Shown: one piece after another, positions 26,180 to 40,576 of the stretch
Position numbering within the stretch: position 1 is the first letter of the stretch
How the letters are laid out: every line of letters begins with the position of its first letter
DNA from: Eledone cirrhosa
Lineage: Eukaryota
Length of the DNA: 64,000 nt
Reading direction: 5' to 3'
Assembly (NCBI GenBank): GCA_964016885.1
Contig: OZ024744.1
Coordinates: 111,910,001 to 111,974,000, forward strand
Made by a program: the position numbers and the translations under genes
The notes under the pieces: model-generated
Told to the model about the DNA's origin: nothing
What the model saw: only the letters and a program-made list of their open reading frames with translations
Database searches by the model: none

Positions 26180-27222
26180 TGGCGGTGGTGGTGGTGATGG
26201 TTGAGGTGGTGGTGGTGGTGGTGGTGGAGGTGGTGGTTGAAGTGGTGGTGGTTGAGGTGGCGGTGTTGAGGTGGTGTTGAGGTGGTGGTGTTAGTGTTGG
26301 TGGTGGTGGTGGTTCAGGTGGTAGTGGTTGAGGTGGTCATGGTGGTAGTGGTGTTAGTTGAGGTGGTGGTAGTGGTGGTAGTGGTGGTGGTGGTGGTAGT
26401 GGTAGTGGTTGAGGTGGTGGTGGGGATGGTGGTGTTAGTGTTGGTATTGGTGGTGGTAGTGCTGGTAGTAGTGTTGGAGGTGGTGGAGGTGGTAGTGGTA
26501 GTGGTGGTAGTGGTAGTGGTGGTTGTGGTAGTGGTGGTGGAGGTAGTAGTGGTGGTAGTGGTGGTGGTTGAGGTGGTGATGGTGGTAGTGGTGGTGGTTG
26601 AGGTGGTGGTGTTCGTAGTGGTGGTGGTTGAGGTGGAGGTGGTAGTGATGGTGGTAGTGGTGTTGGTGGTGGTGGTGGTAGTGGTGTTGGTGGTGGTGAT
26701 GGTGGTGGTTTTGATGGTGGTGGTAGTGGTGGTGGAGGTGGTAATAGTAGTGGTGGTGGTAGTGGTGGTAGTGGTGTTGGTGATGGTGGTGGTGGTGATG
26801 GTGGTGGTAGTGGTGGTGGTGTTCGTAGTGGTGGTGGTTGAGGTGGAGGTGGTGGTGGTTAAGGTGGTGGTGGTAGTGGTGGTGGTTGAGGTGGTGGTGT
26901 TGGTAGTGGTGGTGTTAGTGGTGGTGTTCGTAGTGGTGGTCGTGTTCTGGTGGTAGTGCTGTGGTGGTGGTTGAGGTGGTGGTGGTCCTGTGGTTGTTAG
27001 TGGTAGTAGTGGTGGTAGTGGTGTTGTGGTGGTGGTGGCTGTGTCGTGGTGGTGGTAGTAGTGGTGGTAGTGGTGGTGGTCTTGTCAGAGTAGTAGTAGT
27101 AGTATTTGTATCGGCAGTAGTAGCAGCAGCAGTATTAGTAGTAGTGGTATTAGTAGTAGTAACAGTAGTAGTAGTGGTTGTGGTAGTAGTAGTAGTAGTA
27201 GTAGTAGTAGTATTATTAGTAG
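26180..27222. repeat. (GGT/AGT)n low-complexity tract
   Basis: Direct reading. Confidence 0.95.
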
Positions 27223-27242
27223 TGGATTTCAATCCTAAAATC

Positions 27243-27557
27243 AACCACTTTACAGGGTGGACTGGGTGCTTCTTACTGTGGAAGTGAAACAACCACTTTA
27301 CAGGGTGGACTGGGTGCTTCTTACTGTGGAAGTGAAACAACCACTTTACAGGGTGGACTGGGTGCTTCTTACTGTGGAAGTGAAACAACCACTTTACAGG
27401 GTGGACTGAGTGCTTCTTACTGTGGAAGTGAAATAACCACTTTACAGGGTGGACTGGGTGCTTCTTACTGTGGAAGTGAAACAACCACTTTACAGGGTGG
27501 ACTGGGTGCTTCTTACTGTGGAAGTGAAACAACCACTTTACAGGGTGGACTGGGTGC
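27243..27557. repeat. 48-bp tandem array, about 6.5 copies
   Basis: Unit AACCACTTTACAGGGTGGACTGGGTGCTTCTTACTGTGGAAGTGAAAC. Confidence 0.97.
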
Positions 27558-27983
27558 ACTAATTCTCTGTACATATTATTTAAAAAAAATTAAAACTCGG
27601 TACTTCTTTGATTAGTCAATCTCATTTTTTAATCCACTAACTTACAGAACATAAACACAATGACAGACAAACACATACATATATATACACATACATGCAA
27701 CTATTAACATTTCTTTAGATTTAATGGACAAAGCAATTTATAATTTATTTTTCTTGTAGTTTTTCTTTCATTTTTCTGGGTTTCTAGGTTTCTAGGTTAT
27801 TTATTATTATTTTTCTTCGGAACAGAAACAATGGAATATCAAATGTTCTACTCTCCAAACTCTAGGTTTCAAAAATTTCAAGTGTTAGCATAAATTGAGT
27901 ATGACATGGCATTCAGGAGTACACACACACACACACGCACACACACATACATACACATACATATATATATATATATACACATG

Positions 27984-28051
<68 letters not shown>

Positions 28052-28057
28052 TATATA

Positions 28058-28240
28058 AGTTATTTCGGGTTCAATCGGAGGTAACCACATTAAGTAAGGT
28101 ACTCAATACATAGCAGAGTATAAATGTTTAATACAGATAAGCTTCTACAGGACTAGAACTGTTTCATTTGTGAGAAATCTTCAGGAACTGATGATTTCTC
28201 ACGAATGAAACAGTTCTAGTCCTGTAGAAGCTTTTCTATA
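28058..28240. mobile_element. Solo Penelope-type terminus with a 46-bp fold-back holding two back-to-back hammerhead cores
   Basis: Arms 28139-28184 and 28188-28233 with a 3-nt loop. Each arm reads CTGA(A/T)GA tttctcacRaat GAAA cag-ttctagtc-ctg TA gaag. Same family as 42005-42145 and 14765-14880. Confidence 0.8.
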
Positions 28241-28256
28241 TATATATATATATATC

Positions 28257-29232
<976 letters not shown>

Positions 29233-29569
29233 CACACACACATCATCATCATCATAAAGATCATCATCGACTAGCATCTATCTTCCACGCTAGCATGGGT
29301 TAGACATGTTCGATTTAGAAGCAAGTTGGGTCAGATGACCGTGTCTCACTCATATAGGGGTGTTTCTGGGGTGTTTCTTACGGCTGGATTCCCTTCCTAA
29401 CGCCAACCACATTGACAGTGTGTGCTGGGTACTTTTTGCCGTGTCTTTTACAAATCCACTTTACAGTGTGTATACATATATATAAGCTTATATATATATA
29501 AATCATATAAATAATTACATATAAGAGTAATATATATATATAATAATATATACAAAGTAAAACAAAGTA

Positions 29570-29962
29570 AAACGTACTACACACAGTAGGCACCTCTAAC
29601 AAAATACACCCCGTCCAACTACCCCCCACCCCATCCACCCCATCCACCCCACCCCTTTCAATGTAAAGTTATGTTGGTACCACAACACCCAGGCCGAAAC
29701 AAATGAGGTAGTGTAGGTGTCACGACAAAAAAACACACAGTCCACGCTGTAATGTGGCCGTGTAGGCAACACGGTAAAAACCTCCCAGTCCCACACTGTA
29801 AATGTGGTTGGTGTTAGGAAGGGCATCCAGCTGTAGTAAACCCGCCAGACAGTCCAATACGAGCAAGACAATCGCTCTTGCCTCAAGTGGGAAAACTCCC
29901 ATCCAAACCCATGCAAGCGTGGAAGATGGACGTTAAACGATGATGATGATGATGATGATGAT
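29570..29962 (+). mobile_element. RTE LINE 3' UTR fragment (same family as 41176-41981)
   Basis: Reverse complement of the 41176-41790 UTR, with a (GAT)n tail. Confidence 0.85.
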
Positions 29963-30309
29963 ATATATTTATGTATGTGTGTGTAATGCACCAGTGTACC
30001 AACACTTTAAAAATAACAACAAGAAAAAGTGAACTTGTTCACTCCTGCCCTTAGAAGTGACCACTTAACTGACCACTTATGATGCAATGTTGATACATAT
30101 TTTTTCTTGGCTACAAACTACGGGCTATATATATATATATATATAAATAATATATATATATAAATAATATATATATAAATAATATATATATATAAATAAT
30201 ATATATATATATATATAATATATATATATGAATAATATATATATATAAATAATATATATATATAAATAATATATATATATATATATATATAATATATATA
30301 TATAAATAA

Positions 30310-32010
30310 TATTTATTAAAATAACAGATTAAAGTTTAAGCAAAGAATCGCTGCTTTCACCCTTAACGGGATCTTCTGAAACTAACAAAGTCAATCCGTA
30401 AACGCAGAAGTAGATATTTCAAAAAACGTTGCAACCGGAGGAAGACAGGAAGACGATACTTTAGTTCGTGGAAACGTTCCCTGGCAAAGAACGGGAAAAA
30501 ACGAATAATACGTCATTAATAGGAGAGGTGAAAAACAATTACGCGTAAAGACAGAACGATGTTTATGGTATAAAAGAGGTCGTAGACTAATGTTCTCTTA
30601 GGTGGTGCATAGAGACGTTCTCTGGCAATGAACGAAAAAACGAAGATAATACGTCATATGTGGAGCGTGGAGAACAAAGCACGCAAAGACAAAACCACGT
30701 AAATGGTATAGCAGAAGTCGTAGACTAAAATTCTAACTAGGAGACCAAATGAATCTCCGCTACAGAGTTAAGAACAAGTAAATAAATACAATACAGAAGT
30801 AATAGAAATAAATAAATACATACACGCAAACAAATACGTACATACACAAGCATACGCAAAACCTTACCATAGGTATACAAAACCACGCACGTATAAATAT
30901 GTGTGTGTGTGTATGTGTGTATACAAATAAATAAATAATTATATAAACGTATATAAATAAATAAATACGTATATAACAAGTGCACACACATACCTACATA
31001 TAAATACACGAATGTTCGGAGACGTAAGTCAACTAAAACAAGAAGTACACAATACACACACTCACCATACGTACGAACCCGCATACTCACACAGACGCAA
31101 AACTCGCATATACACATAGCCAAACCCTATGTACCAGAATATATAAAATTATGCGCCAAAACAATCAAATATACGTACGAGAAGGTATACATACCTTCAC
31201 AAAACAAACGGGTAATACATTTCCGTTATACGATCTTATATTGGGTGTGGTTGTCTTTCAGACTCCAGATATAAGCTGAAAGTGACGTCATATTCCTTCT
31301 TAGAGGGTAACGAAAAGAATGGGTATGCATGTAAAGTCGCTGCTTGAAACTACTGGCGGTTAACCCTATGTAGGCCCTACGGGACGTAGGTGTTACAACC
31401 TTACATTTGTAGACAATGTTACTAGAGAGGCATTTACCGGATATGGGGCAATCAGCCCGATTCCTACAATTACAGTTAGTACTAACTACAGGGTTGCACG
31501 TGTTCCTACGGCTAGGTAGTTTAGCTAAATTTGAAGCTGTGATGTTATGTGCAAGGTTAGGAGTCGTAGAGTAAGAAATTTTAATAGTATTTCTATTAAA
31601 AATGTTACTATATTTATGTGTAGGGGGAAAATGCTTCGTAATAAGGGAAAGAAAGATCTTAGCTAATGGTGTGGCCCCCTCCATATTATATGGTGGGTTA
31701 AACCAACAAATGTGACGGGATCTATTTCTTCTAGGTCTATTTTCGTACTCTGTATATGCTACCTTATCGACAAATCCACTTCGAGCAAAAGCTTCATTGT
31801 AATAAGTGGAATGGTCGTTGAAAATATGCTCGTTAGTGGAAAGACGGGAAAGCCTCAACGAAACGTTTCTTACCAGGTTCTTGGTTATGCTGGCAGGATG
31901 GTTGGAATGCTTACTTATGTAATTAAGCGTATCATTCGGCTTTCTATACGGGTAATACAACCCATTCAATAAATTGAGGGTAACGTCGAGGTAATTAACG
32001 ACCGAATATA
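30310..32010 (-). mobile_element. 5'-truncated, internally deleted Penelope-like element (end of RT, linker, start of GIY-YIG, 3' UTR with hammerhead)
   Basis: VVNYLDVTLNL..YPYRKPN..YISKHSNHP, WFNPPY, NTIKISYS, CNCRNRADCPISGKCLSSNIVYKC..YIGLT..FKQR..H. The nuclease C-terminus is missing after YKIV. Flanked by (TA)n. Confidence 0.92.
30333..30383 (-). ncRNA. Type I hammerhead motif with a U4->A core change
   Basis: agttt CAGAAGA t-ccc-gttaa-ggg-t GAAA gcag-cgattct-ttgc TT aaact. All three stems pair. Confidence 0.7.
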
Positions 32011-32168
32011 TATAATATATATATATATAATATATATATATATAATATATATATATATATCTATATATATAATATCTATATATATCTATATATATAAATA
32101 ATATATATATATATATATAATAAAGTAAAATAAATAAGTCAAATATTTAAAATTTAGCTTCGTTTATT

Positions 32169-32223
32169 ACTGCTATATATATTTCGGTGACAGCCATCTT
32201 TGGCTGTGACCTCTTCAGGCAGT
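32169..32223 (-). ncRNA. Type I hammerhead ribozyme, intact minimal form
   Basis: actgc CTGAAGA ggtcacagcca-aaga-tggctgtcacc GAAA tatata TA gcagt aataaa. Has a 5-bp stem I, G10.1-C11.1, a 10/11-bp stem II and a palindromic stem III. Confidence 0.88.
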
Positions 32224-32507
32224 TTGAATTAGTGTGGTATAGACAAGTACATATGTTGATGGGGTGTATAATATTGTCAATACTCTGATATGCCCAGTTT
32301 CTGGTTGGGTTGTTAATTCACTGAGGAACTGGAATCATATAATATATATATATATAATATATATCTATATCTATATCTATATATCTATATATATAATATA
32401 TATATATATCTATATCTATATATCTATATATATAATATATATATATATAATATATATATATATCTATATCTATATATCTATATATATATATATATAAATA
32501 ATATATA

Positions 32508-32844
<337 letters not shown>

Positions 32845-32867
32845 TATATATAATATATATATATATA

Positions 32868-33012
<145 letters not shown>

Positions 33013-33196
33013 CCCTGGATTTCACTAAATTCTGTGGATGAATCTATATCCTGATTCTTTTTGAATTGAGTTTGAATTATTTTCCCATAACTTACGTTAA
33101 CTATTTTTCCATTTTGACACGATAGTCACTTATATATTAAGAAATACTGGAGGCTTCTTGCTCATAATTTCTATACTTTTCATTTATATATATTAT

Positions 33197-33450
33197 GGAG
33201 GCACATGGCTTACTGGTTAGAGCATTGGCCTTGCAATCGAAAGGTTGTGAGTTCAATTCTCAGACCGGGTGATGTGTTGTTTCCTTGTGCAAGACACTTT
33301 ATTTCACATTGCTCCAGTTTACTCAGCTGTATAAATGAGATGATAGGGACTGGGGTCCATATCATTCCACTGCAAAGTGGTCGTGGAGGTGCCACGGCAA
33401 AATAGCACCCAGCCCTCACTATAAATCAGGTTGGTGTTAGGAAGGGCATC
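33197..33450 (+). mobile_element. SINE family A, 3'-truncated
   Basis: tRNA-like head plus central domain and part of the tail. Confidence 0.85.
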
Positions 33451-33736
33451 GAGCGTAATCTGAGCAAACATCACGGGCGCTCTATTTCAAAATTATTTTT
33501 GAAAAGCATTAGAAATACGCAACCGGTAAAAACTTAAAACTAAAACTGAATACTAACCAATACTTATTACTAATTTTTACTTATTCCTAATTAAACTATT
33601 TTTCACTGAGAACAATTTGTCAGCATTTTCTTTTCCTTTTACCAATATATCACAACTTGTGTGTTACACCTCTATTCTTTTAAATATATATATATATATA
33701 TATATGCATGTGTGTATGTATGTATATGTATATATA

Positions 33737-34787
33737 AACAGAACCCAGATCCCCTCAGAGAAATGGCCTTGCTCAGTATGTAGGAAAGGCATAGGTAGGA
33801 ATTCCATCCTCTGCCCCAAATGCAAACTATTGGTACACAAGAGATGTAGTGGGATCTCAGGAAGCTTAGCGAAGAATGTAGGCTTCACATGTAGAAGCTG
33901 CGCTGGGACAGCAAGCAGCAAACGACCACAGGAAACAAGTACCACCAATCTCTGGGAGGGCTCTGTAGAAACAGTAGTCAGCTTCTGCTACCTAGGTGAC
34001 CAAATTAGCAGCGGAGGTGGTGGTTCTGAAGGTACAGCAACCAGGATAAGAACGGGATGGAAGAAGTTCAGGGAGCTACTACCTCTGCTAGCTGCAAAAG
34101 GCTTCTCTCTCAAAATGAAAGGCAGACTGTATGATGCGTGTATACGAACAGCAATGTTACATGGTAGTGAGACCTGGGCGCTGTCTGTGGAAGACTTACG
34201 TAGATTAGAGAGAAATGAAGCCTGCATGCTCCGATGGATGTGTAATAGTAATATATGCAAACGGCAAAACATAAACGAATTAAAAGAGAGACTGAGCATA
34301 AGAGGAATCAAATGTTGTGTGCAGGAGAAGTGGTTACGTTGGTATCAACATGTGATACGTATGAAGGATGACAGCTGCATAAAAAGGTGCAGAGCACTAG
34401 AAGTCGGTGGAAGCCGTGGAGTGGGGAGACCCAAGAAGACCTGGGATGAGGTGATAAAAGCCGACCTTACCCAATTGCACCTCTGGTGTCACACAGTATT
34501 ACAGAAAACACGACTTCCCACAGGAACAAACCAAAGCATATAGACAATATGCCCCCATCCCCCCTCACTGCAAAGTGGTCGTGGAGGTGTTATGACAAAA
34601 AAGCACCCAGCACTCACTGTAAATGAGGTTGGTGTTAGGAAGGGCATCCAACTGTAGAAATCAAGCCAGAATCAGTAACCGTATGAGCAAGACAAGGTCA
34701 CCCGACCTAACATTGCCCGCAATAGGACAACCCGTCTAACCCATGCTAACGTGGAAGAACGGACGTATGATGATGATGATGATGATG
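33737..34787 (+). mobile_element. RTE-clade LINE 3' fragment
   Basis: KWPCSVCRKG..VHKRCSG, SFCYLG, MLHGSETW, GRPKKTW, then 3' UTR and (GAT)n. Close to 39395-40530. Confidence 0.93.
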
Positions 34788-34868
34788 TGTATATGTATGT
34801 GTGTGTATATATGTACATATACGTATATATGCGTATGTGTAGGCATGTATGTGTATATATGTATATAC

Positions 34869-35134
34869 CAGTGGCGAAGGGTAACCTGGAAAGCAGGGCA
34901 CGCAGTCCAATCGCCATGGCGGAAAGTGGGGCTGTGCAGCCTTACCTCTCCCCCCAATTCCCTCTAAATGACCCTCCCGGTCAAAGCTGCATGTAGTGTT
35001 ATCTAGTGAGTGTGTGTGTGAGTTATCTTTTTATGCGTCTACGATTTAGCAAGCAGTAAAAATTCTGCTTGCTTCAACTGACGCAATTCATCAACATAAG
35101 GTTCTATAACACATGCACACACCCTTTGCCCCTG
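34869..35134. mobile_element. hAT-like MITE
   Basis: TIRs CAGTGGCGAAGGGT / ACCCTTTGCCCCTG (12 of 14 match), with 8-bp flanks gtatatac / gtatatat. Confidence 0.75.
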
Positions 35135-35183
35135 GTATATATATATATGTGTGTGTGTGTATGTATGTGCGTATGTGTATATG

Positions 35184-35214
<31 letters not shown>

Positions 35215-35777
35215 TCATTTTTTGTCGATTCTATTAAATGATGAATAGCCCCTGTTTTATTTTAACCTGTCTATTGAGCACTCTTATTCGATATGTGTTA
35301 TTCCACGTTTTCCCGAATATTTTTTGCGGATATAAAGGTTATCTCCCTTGCTGAAATCCATGTGCATATTTTCAACCTGGGTTTTGCCTTTTCATTCGTT
35401 CGGACTAAAGCTCGTTGAAGAAGTAAACTCCAGTCCGCTGGCGTCTAGAAGTCTTATATTTTTATGTGAGCTGATAGAGGACAGTTTAAGGATTTACAGA
35501 AACCCAAGAAGCTAGATTTACCATCTCTCTAGCGGGTCCGGGTATGCTTTTTACATTCATTTGATTTATTGATTTATTGATAATTTATCTGAGTGTCCCG
35601 AATCTTCCATATCGCAATTTTTCGGTCGTATGGTTGATTGTAGACATATTCTACGTGTGACGGTATTTTAACGATAGTTATAGCTCTGATTTATCTGAAT
35701 TATGGAGCCCTCTGCCGCTCATCTCGAATTTTGTTTATCGTGAACTTGTGCGCCGATTTTTCGATACTCGATTATTC

Positions 35778-35821
<44 letters not shown>

Positions 35822-36411
35822 TATTTTCCGTAGTGTTGTAATATAAATATTAGGATACGTACACTTGAAAGAAAAATTTAAGTCTGAATGTTAATTAAGT
35901 GCAAACACAAAACCAACCATGCATATCTATACTATCTCTAATCCTTCTATAGATTTAGAAAAATAACCAATAATATATTCTATAAAAATGTCAAAACAAC
36001 AGATGGGAATCTAATTACTCACTGCCACCAAAAATTCTCACTGCTATCAAAAAACCACTCCCTCAACTATTCTTCTAACAACTTCACCCCTCCCTCCTAA
36101 TATTCTCTATAAAAACCAAACAGGTCCTCAGATGAAATGACAGTTGATAATAACATTGAAATATTGAATGTCTGCATAACTAATACTTTGTAGATAGCAG
36201 CTGTTTTCAGGTTATGTAACTGTTATAGAAACACGTGTCAATAAATTCCTTTCAACTAAACTGTATCCATTCAAATCCTTCTATATATATATATATGTAT
36301 ATATGTATGTATATATATATATGTATATGTATGTATATATGTACATATATATATGTGTGTGTGTGTGTATGTGTGTGTAGATATGTGTATGTATATATAT
36401 ATGTATATATA

Positions 36412-36740
36412 TGGCTTAGTGGTTAGAGCATTGGCCTTGCAATCGAAAGGTTGTGAGTTCAATTCTCAGACCGGGTGATGTGTTGTTTCCTTGAGCAAGA
36501 CACTTTATTTCACATTGCTCCAGTTTACTCAGCTGTAGAAATGAGATGAAAGGGACTGGGGTCCATATCATTCCACAGCAAAGTGGTCGTGGAGGTGCCA
36601 CGACAAAAAAAGCACCCAGCACTCACTGTAAATGAGGTTGGTGTTAGGAAGGGCATCCAGCTGTAGAAATCAAGCCAGAATCAGTTCCCGCCCCACCCTT
36701 GCAAGCAGGGAAAAAGCGGACGTAAAAATGAAATGATGAA
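36412..36740 (+). mobile_element. SINE family A, near full length
   Basis: A/B boxes, central domain and RTE tail. Confidence 0.88.
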
Positions 36741-36928
36741 AAAAATATGAAATGATATGTATATATATATGCATGTATATATGTATATATATATATACAC
36801 ACGTATGCATGTGTGTATATATATATATATATATAATGTAGGAGGTGAGTTTTATTGTAGTACAATAAAGCAATGCAGATATCGGATAAGAAGCACTCTA
36901 CAGTTTGTAGAACTGGAGTATAAATAAT

Positions 36929-37022
36929 ATATAAGATCAAAAGATGGTTAAAAGAGTTCCATGTATTTTATTATGCATAATAAAATACATGGAACTCTTT
37001 TAACCATCTTTTGATCTTATAT
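36929..37022. repeat. Perfect 94-bp palindrome (no spacer)
   Basis: Centre TTATG|CATAA at 36975/36976. The arms pair out to 36929 and 37022. Confidence 0.95.
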
Positions 37023-37169
37023 TATATATATATATATATATGTATATGTGTGTGTATGTGCATGTGCGTGGGTGTGAGGGCATGTGTGTTTGCATGTGTG
37101 ATTGTAGACACCTGACCATTCAGGCAGAGTTACCAATGAATAGCCATTTTTAGCTTAAATGAACCTTAA

Positions 37170-37458
37170 AAACAGGACACCAACAGGTCTAGTTGCAATA
37201 TGAAAGACGATCTGAAGGCCAGGATCACAAGTGCCTTTAGGGGTTTAAGTCGCGGGACAGTGACGAAGGCCTGTAGCCGGTATAGAGGCCGCCTTGAGGC
37301 CATCATCAAAGCCAACGGCGGGTTTATCGAGTGAGATCGAAAGAACAAGTCATGAAGACAAACTGACCCAAGTTTGATAAATAAATCTTAAAAAACAAAA
37401 CTATTGTGTTATTTTTTCCTAGACAGTAATCTTGTGAACAAATATCGTCCGCACCCTG
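37170..37458 (+). mobile_element. Tc1/mariner transposase C-terminal remnant plus right end
   Basis: Translates KDDLKARITSAFRGLSRGTVTKACSRYRGRLEAIIKANGGFIE* (stop 37332-37334) and ends in CACCCTG|TA. Confidence 0.85.
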
Positions 37459-37593
37459 TATATATAATTGAAAAAGTGGTTAGGAAAGACATCCAGCTGT
37501 AGAAACCAAGCGAGAAACATGGTTATCTGACCTGACTTGTCTCACAATCGGACAATTCATCTAAATATGCTAGCATGGAAAAGTGGACATTAA

Positions 37594-37630
<37 letters not shown>

Positions 37631-38377
37631 CGATGATGTATATCTCGTCTTCCATAGCCCCGATACACCTTTCCTCTCCAACCTAGGCCTGTATGCAAGG
37701 AAAGTTGGACATACCCCACATCTGCAGTGCCATAGCCTGGTGCCATAACAGAAACTTCCCAGCACACACTGTTAGGTGGTTGCTGTTAGGAAGGGTATCT
37801 AGCCATAGAAAACCAAGCCAAAATATAGTTCTGTGTGAGCAAGACATGGTCACCTGACCTACTAGCTAGTCTCATAATATGACAACCTGTCTAACACATG
37901 CAAGTGTGGAAAAGTAGATATTAAACAGTGATGTTGATGTTTACATGCGTGGGTGAATATACATTTGCACACGTATGTTTACATTACTGAAAAGGGAGTT
38001 GCTTTTCAAATGGAGTCCCTTGAGATATTAGTTTTACATCAATTTACAGACGCTCCTCTGTCGCTATTGTCATCGGAAATGTAAGTGACCTGTTGAAAAC
38101 CTGCAGCCATTGATACTATGTTGTGATGACCTATTCTGACATAAAATGAATAAATAAAATGAATTCATGGGAAACATCAAGCAGTGGAAAACAGTTTGAG
38201 AACAGTAATAGAATTGTTGTGAAGACTAAGTCTTAGATTTAAAATATTCAAATCCCTGGTGCTTATCGCGGAGGGGGAGAGAAATAGCATAGAAATAGAG
38301 AGAGAGAGACTGAAAAAGAAAAAGGGAGAGAGCCAGGTGTAGAAATACAGAAAGAGAGACAAGTTATATATATATAT

Positions 38378-38575
38378 ATAGGAAAAAGTATGACCCCGAC
38401 GGCAGAGCTCAAGCCGTTTCGACGGCTATTTCTAGTCCAGAAATAGCCGTCAAAACGGGTTGAGCTCTGCCGTCGGGGTCATACTTTTTCCTATTTCCCA
38501 CTCTACTACCCTAATTATTGAGTACTCTGGTACGTTATGGCCCATCTGGTTCCTTACCACATTTCCTTTGTTATA
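38378..38575. mobile_element. Solo Penelope-type terminus with a 56-bp fold-back and half a hammerhead
   Basis: Arms 38378-38433 and 38439-38494 (2 mismatches). The minus arm reads GAAA cggc-ttgagctct-gccg TC. The tail has GAGTACT at 38520. Flanked by (TA)n. Confidence 0.7.
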
Positions 38576-38589
38576 TATATATATATATA

Positions 38590-40498
38590 AGATATGAAGA
38601 TGGGGAAGGCAACCGGTCCATCGGGTATAGCTGCCGAGATGCTGAAGGCATCTGGGTCTGTAGGTCACACTATAACCACACGTATTGTTAACCAGGTAAT
38701 ACTAGAAGGTGTCATACCAAAAGATTGGTGCAGTAGCATCATTGTCAACTGCTACAAAGGTAAAGGTGATGCACTAGATAGAGGAAACTATAGAGGTATA
38801 AAGCTGATGGACCAGGTCATGAAAGTAACAGAAAGAGTTATAGCACAGTTGATTAGGGACCGGGTGAAACTAGATGAGATGCAATTTGGGTTTGTACAAG
38901 GAAGAGGCACCATTGATGCCCTCTTCCTTGTGAGGCAGCTACAAGAAAAGTACCTAGCTAAAAGTAAGCCACTCTACCTGGCATTCGTCGATCTCGAGAA
39001 AGCCTTTGACAGAGTTCCACGAGCTATAATCTGGTGGGCTCTAAGAAAACTAGGAGTAGATGAATGGCTTGTGAAAGCTGTACAAGCCATGTATAGGGGA
39101 GCAGTCAGCAAAGTTAGGATTAGCAATGAGTATAGCAAGGAATTTAGCGTACAGGTTGGGGTCCACCAGGGCTCTGTTCTTAGCCTTCTCCTGTCCATCA
39201 TAATCCTGCAGGCAATAATGGAAGAGTTTAAGACCGGATGCCCATGGGAACTCCTGTATGCTGATGACCTCGCACTTATAACTGAATCTATGGTAGAACT
39301 AGAGAAGAAATTCCAAACTTGGAAGCAGGGACTAGAAAGAAAGGGTCTCAAAGTCAACATGACAAAGATTAAGGTCCTTGTAAGTAGACGAGAAAACAGA
39401 ACCCAGACCCCCTTGGCCTTGCTCAGTATGTAGGAAAGGTGTAGGTAGCAACTCCATTCTCTGCTCCAAATGCAAACAATGGGTACACAAGAGATGTAGC
39501 GGGATCTCAGGAAGCTTAATTAAGAATGTAGGCTTCACATGCAGCAGCTGTACTGGGACAGCAAGCAGCAAACAGCCACAGGAAACAAGAACCACCAATC
39601 TCTGGGAGGGCTCTGTAGAAACAGTAGACAGCTTCTGCTACCTAGGTGACCGAATTAGCAGTGGAGGTGGGTGTTCAGAAAGTACAATAACTAGGGTAAG
39701 AACGGGATGGAAGAAGTTCAGGGAGCTACTACCACTGCTAGCTGCAAAAGGTTTCTCCCTCAAAATGAAAGGCAGACTGTATGATGCGTGTATCCGAACA
39801 GCAATGTTGCATGGTAGTGAGACCTGGGCGCTGAAGGTGGAAGACTTACGTAGATTAGAGAGAAACGAAGCCTGCATGCTCCGATGGATGTGTAATAGTA
39901 ATATACGCGAACGACAAAGCATAAATGAATTGAGAGAGAGACTGAGCATAAGAGGAATCAAATGCTGTGTGCAGGAGAGGCGGTTGCGTTGGTATGAACA
40001 TGTGATGCGTGTGAAGGATGACAGCTGCATAAAAAAGTGCAGAGCACTAGAAGTCGATGGAAACCGTGGAGTGGAGAGACCCAAGAAGACCTGGGATGAG
40101 GTCATAAAAGCCGACCTTACCCAATTACACCTCTCAAAGGCAATGACACACGACCGTGACCTCTGGCGTCATGCAGTAATACAGAGTACCCGACCTCCCA
40201 TGGGTACAAGCTGAAGCATATAGACAATATGCCCTCACACCCTCCCACTGCAAGGTGGTCGTGGAGGTGCCATGGCAAAATAGCACCCAGCCCACACTGT
40301 AAAGTGGACGTGTAGGTGCCATGAAAAAGCACCCAGCACTCACTGTAAATGAGGTTGGTGTTAGGAAGGGCATCCAGCTGTAGAAATCAAGCCAAATCAG
40401 TTCCTGTATGAGCAAGGCATGGTCAGCCGACCAGACACTGCCCACAACAGGACAACCCGTCTAACCCATGCTAGCGTGGAAGAACGGACGTAAAACGG

Positions 40499-40530
<32 letters not shown>
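38590..40530 (+). mobile_element. RTE-clade LINE, 5'-truncated, with reverse transcriptase (frameshift near 39412)
   Basis: GKATGPSGI, IPKDW..YKGKGD..NYRGIKL, QFGF, FVDLEKAFDRV, GVHQGSVLS, LLYADDL. An ~8-bp deletion versus the 33737 copy shifts the frame. Continues through RRLRW and RPKKTW to the UTR and (GAT)n. Confidence 0.96.

Positions 40531-40576
<46 letters not shown>

Noticed and set aside
36412-36475. tRNA gene
   Set aside because: It has A and B boxes, but the acceptor and anticodon stems do not pair and it continues into the SINE body in every copy.
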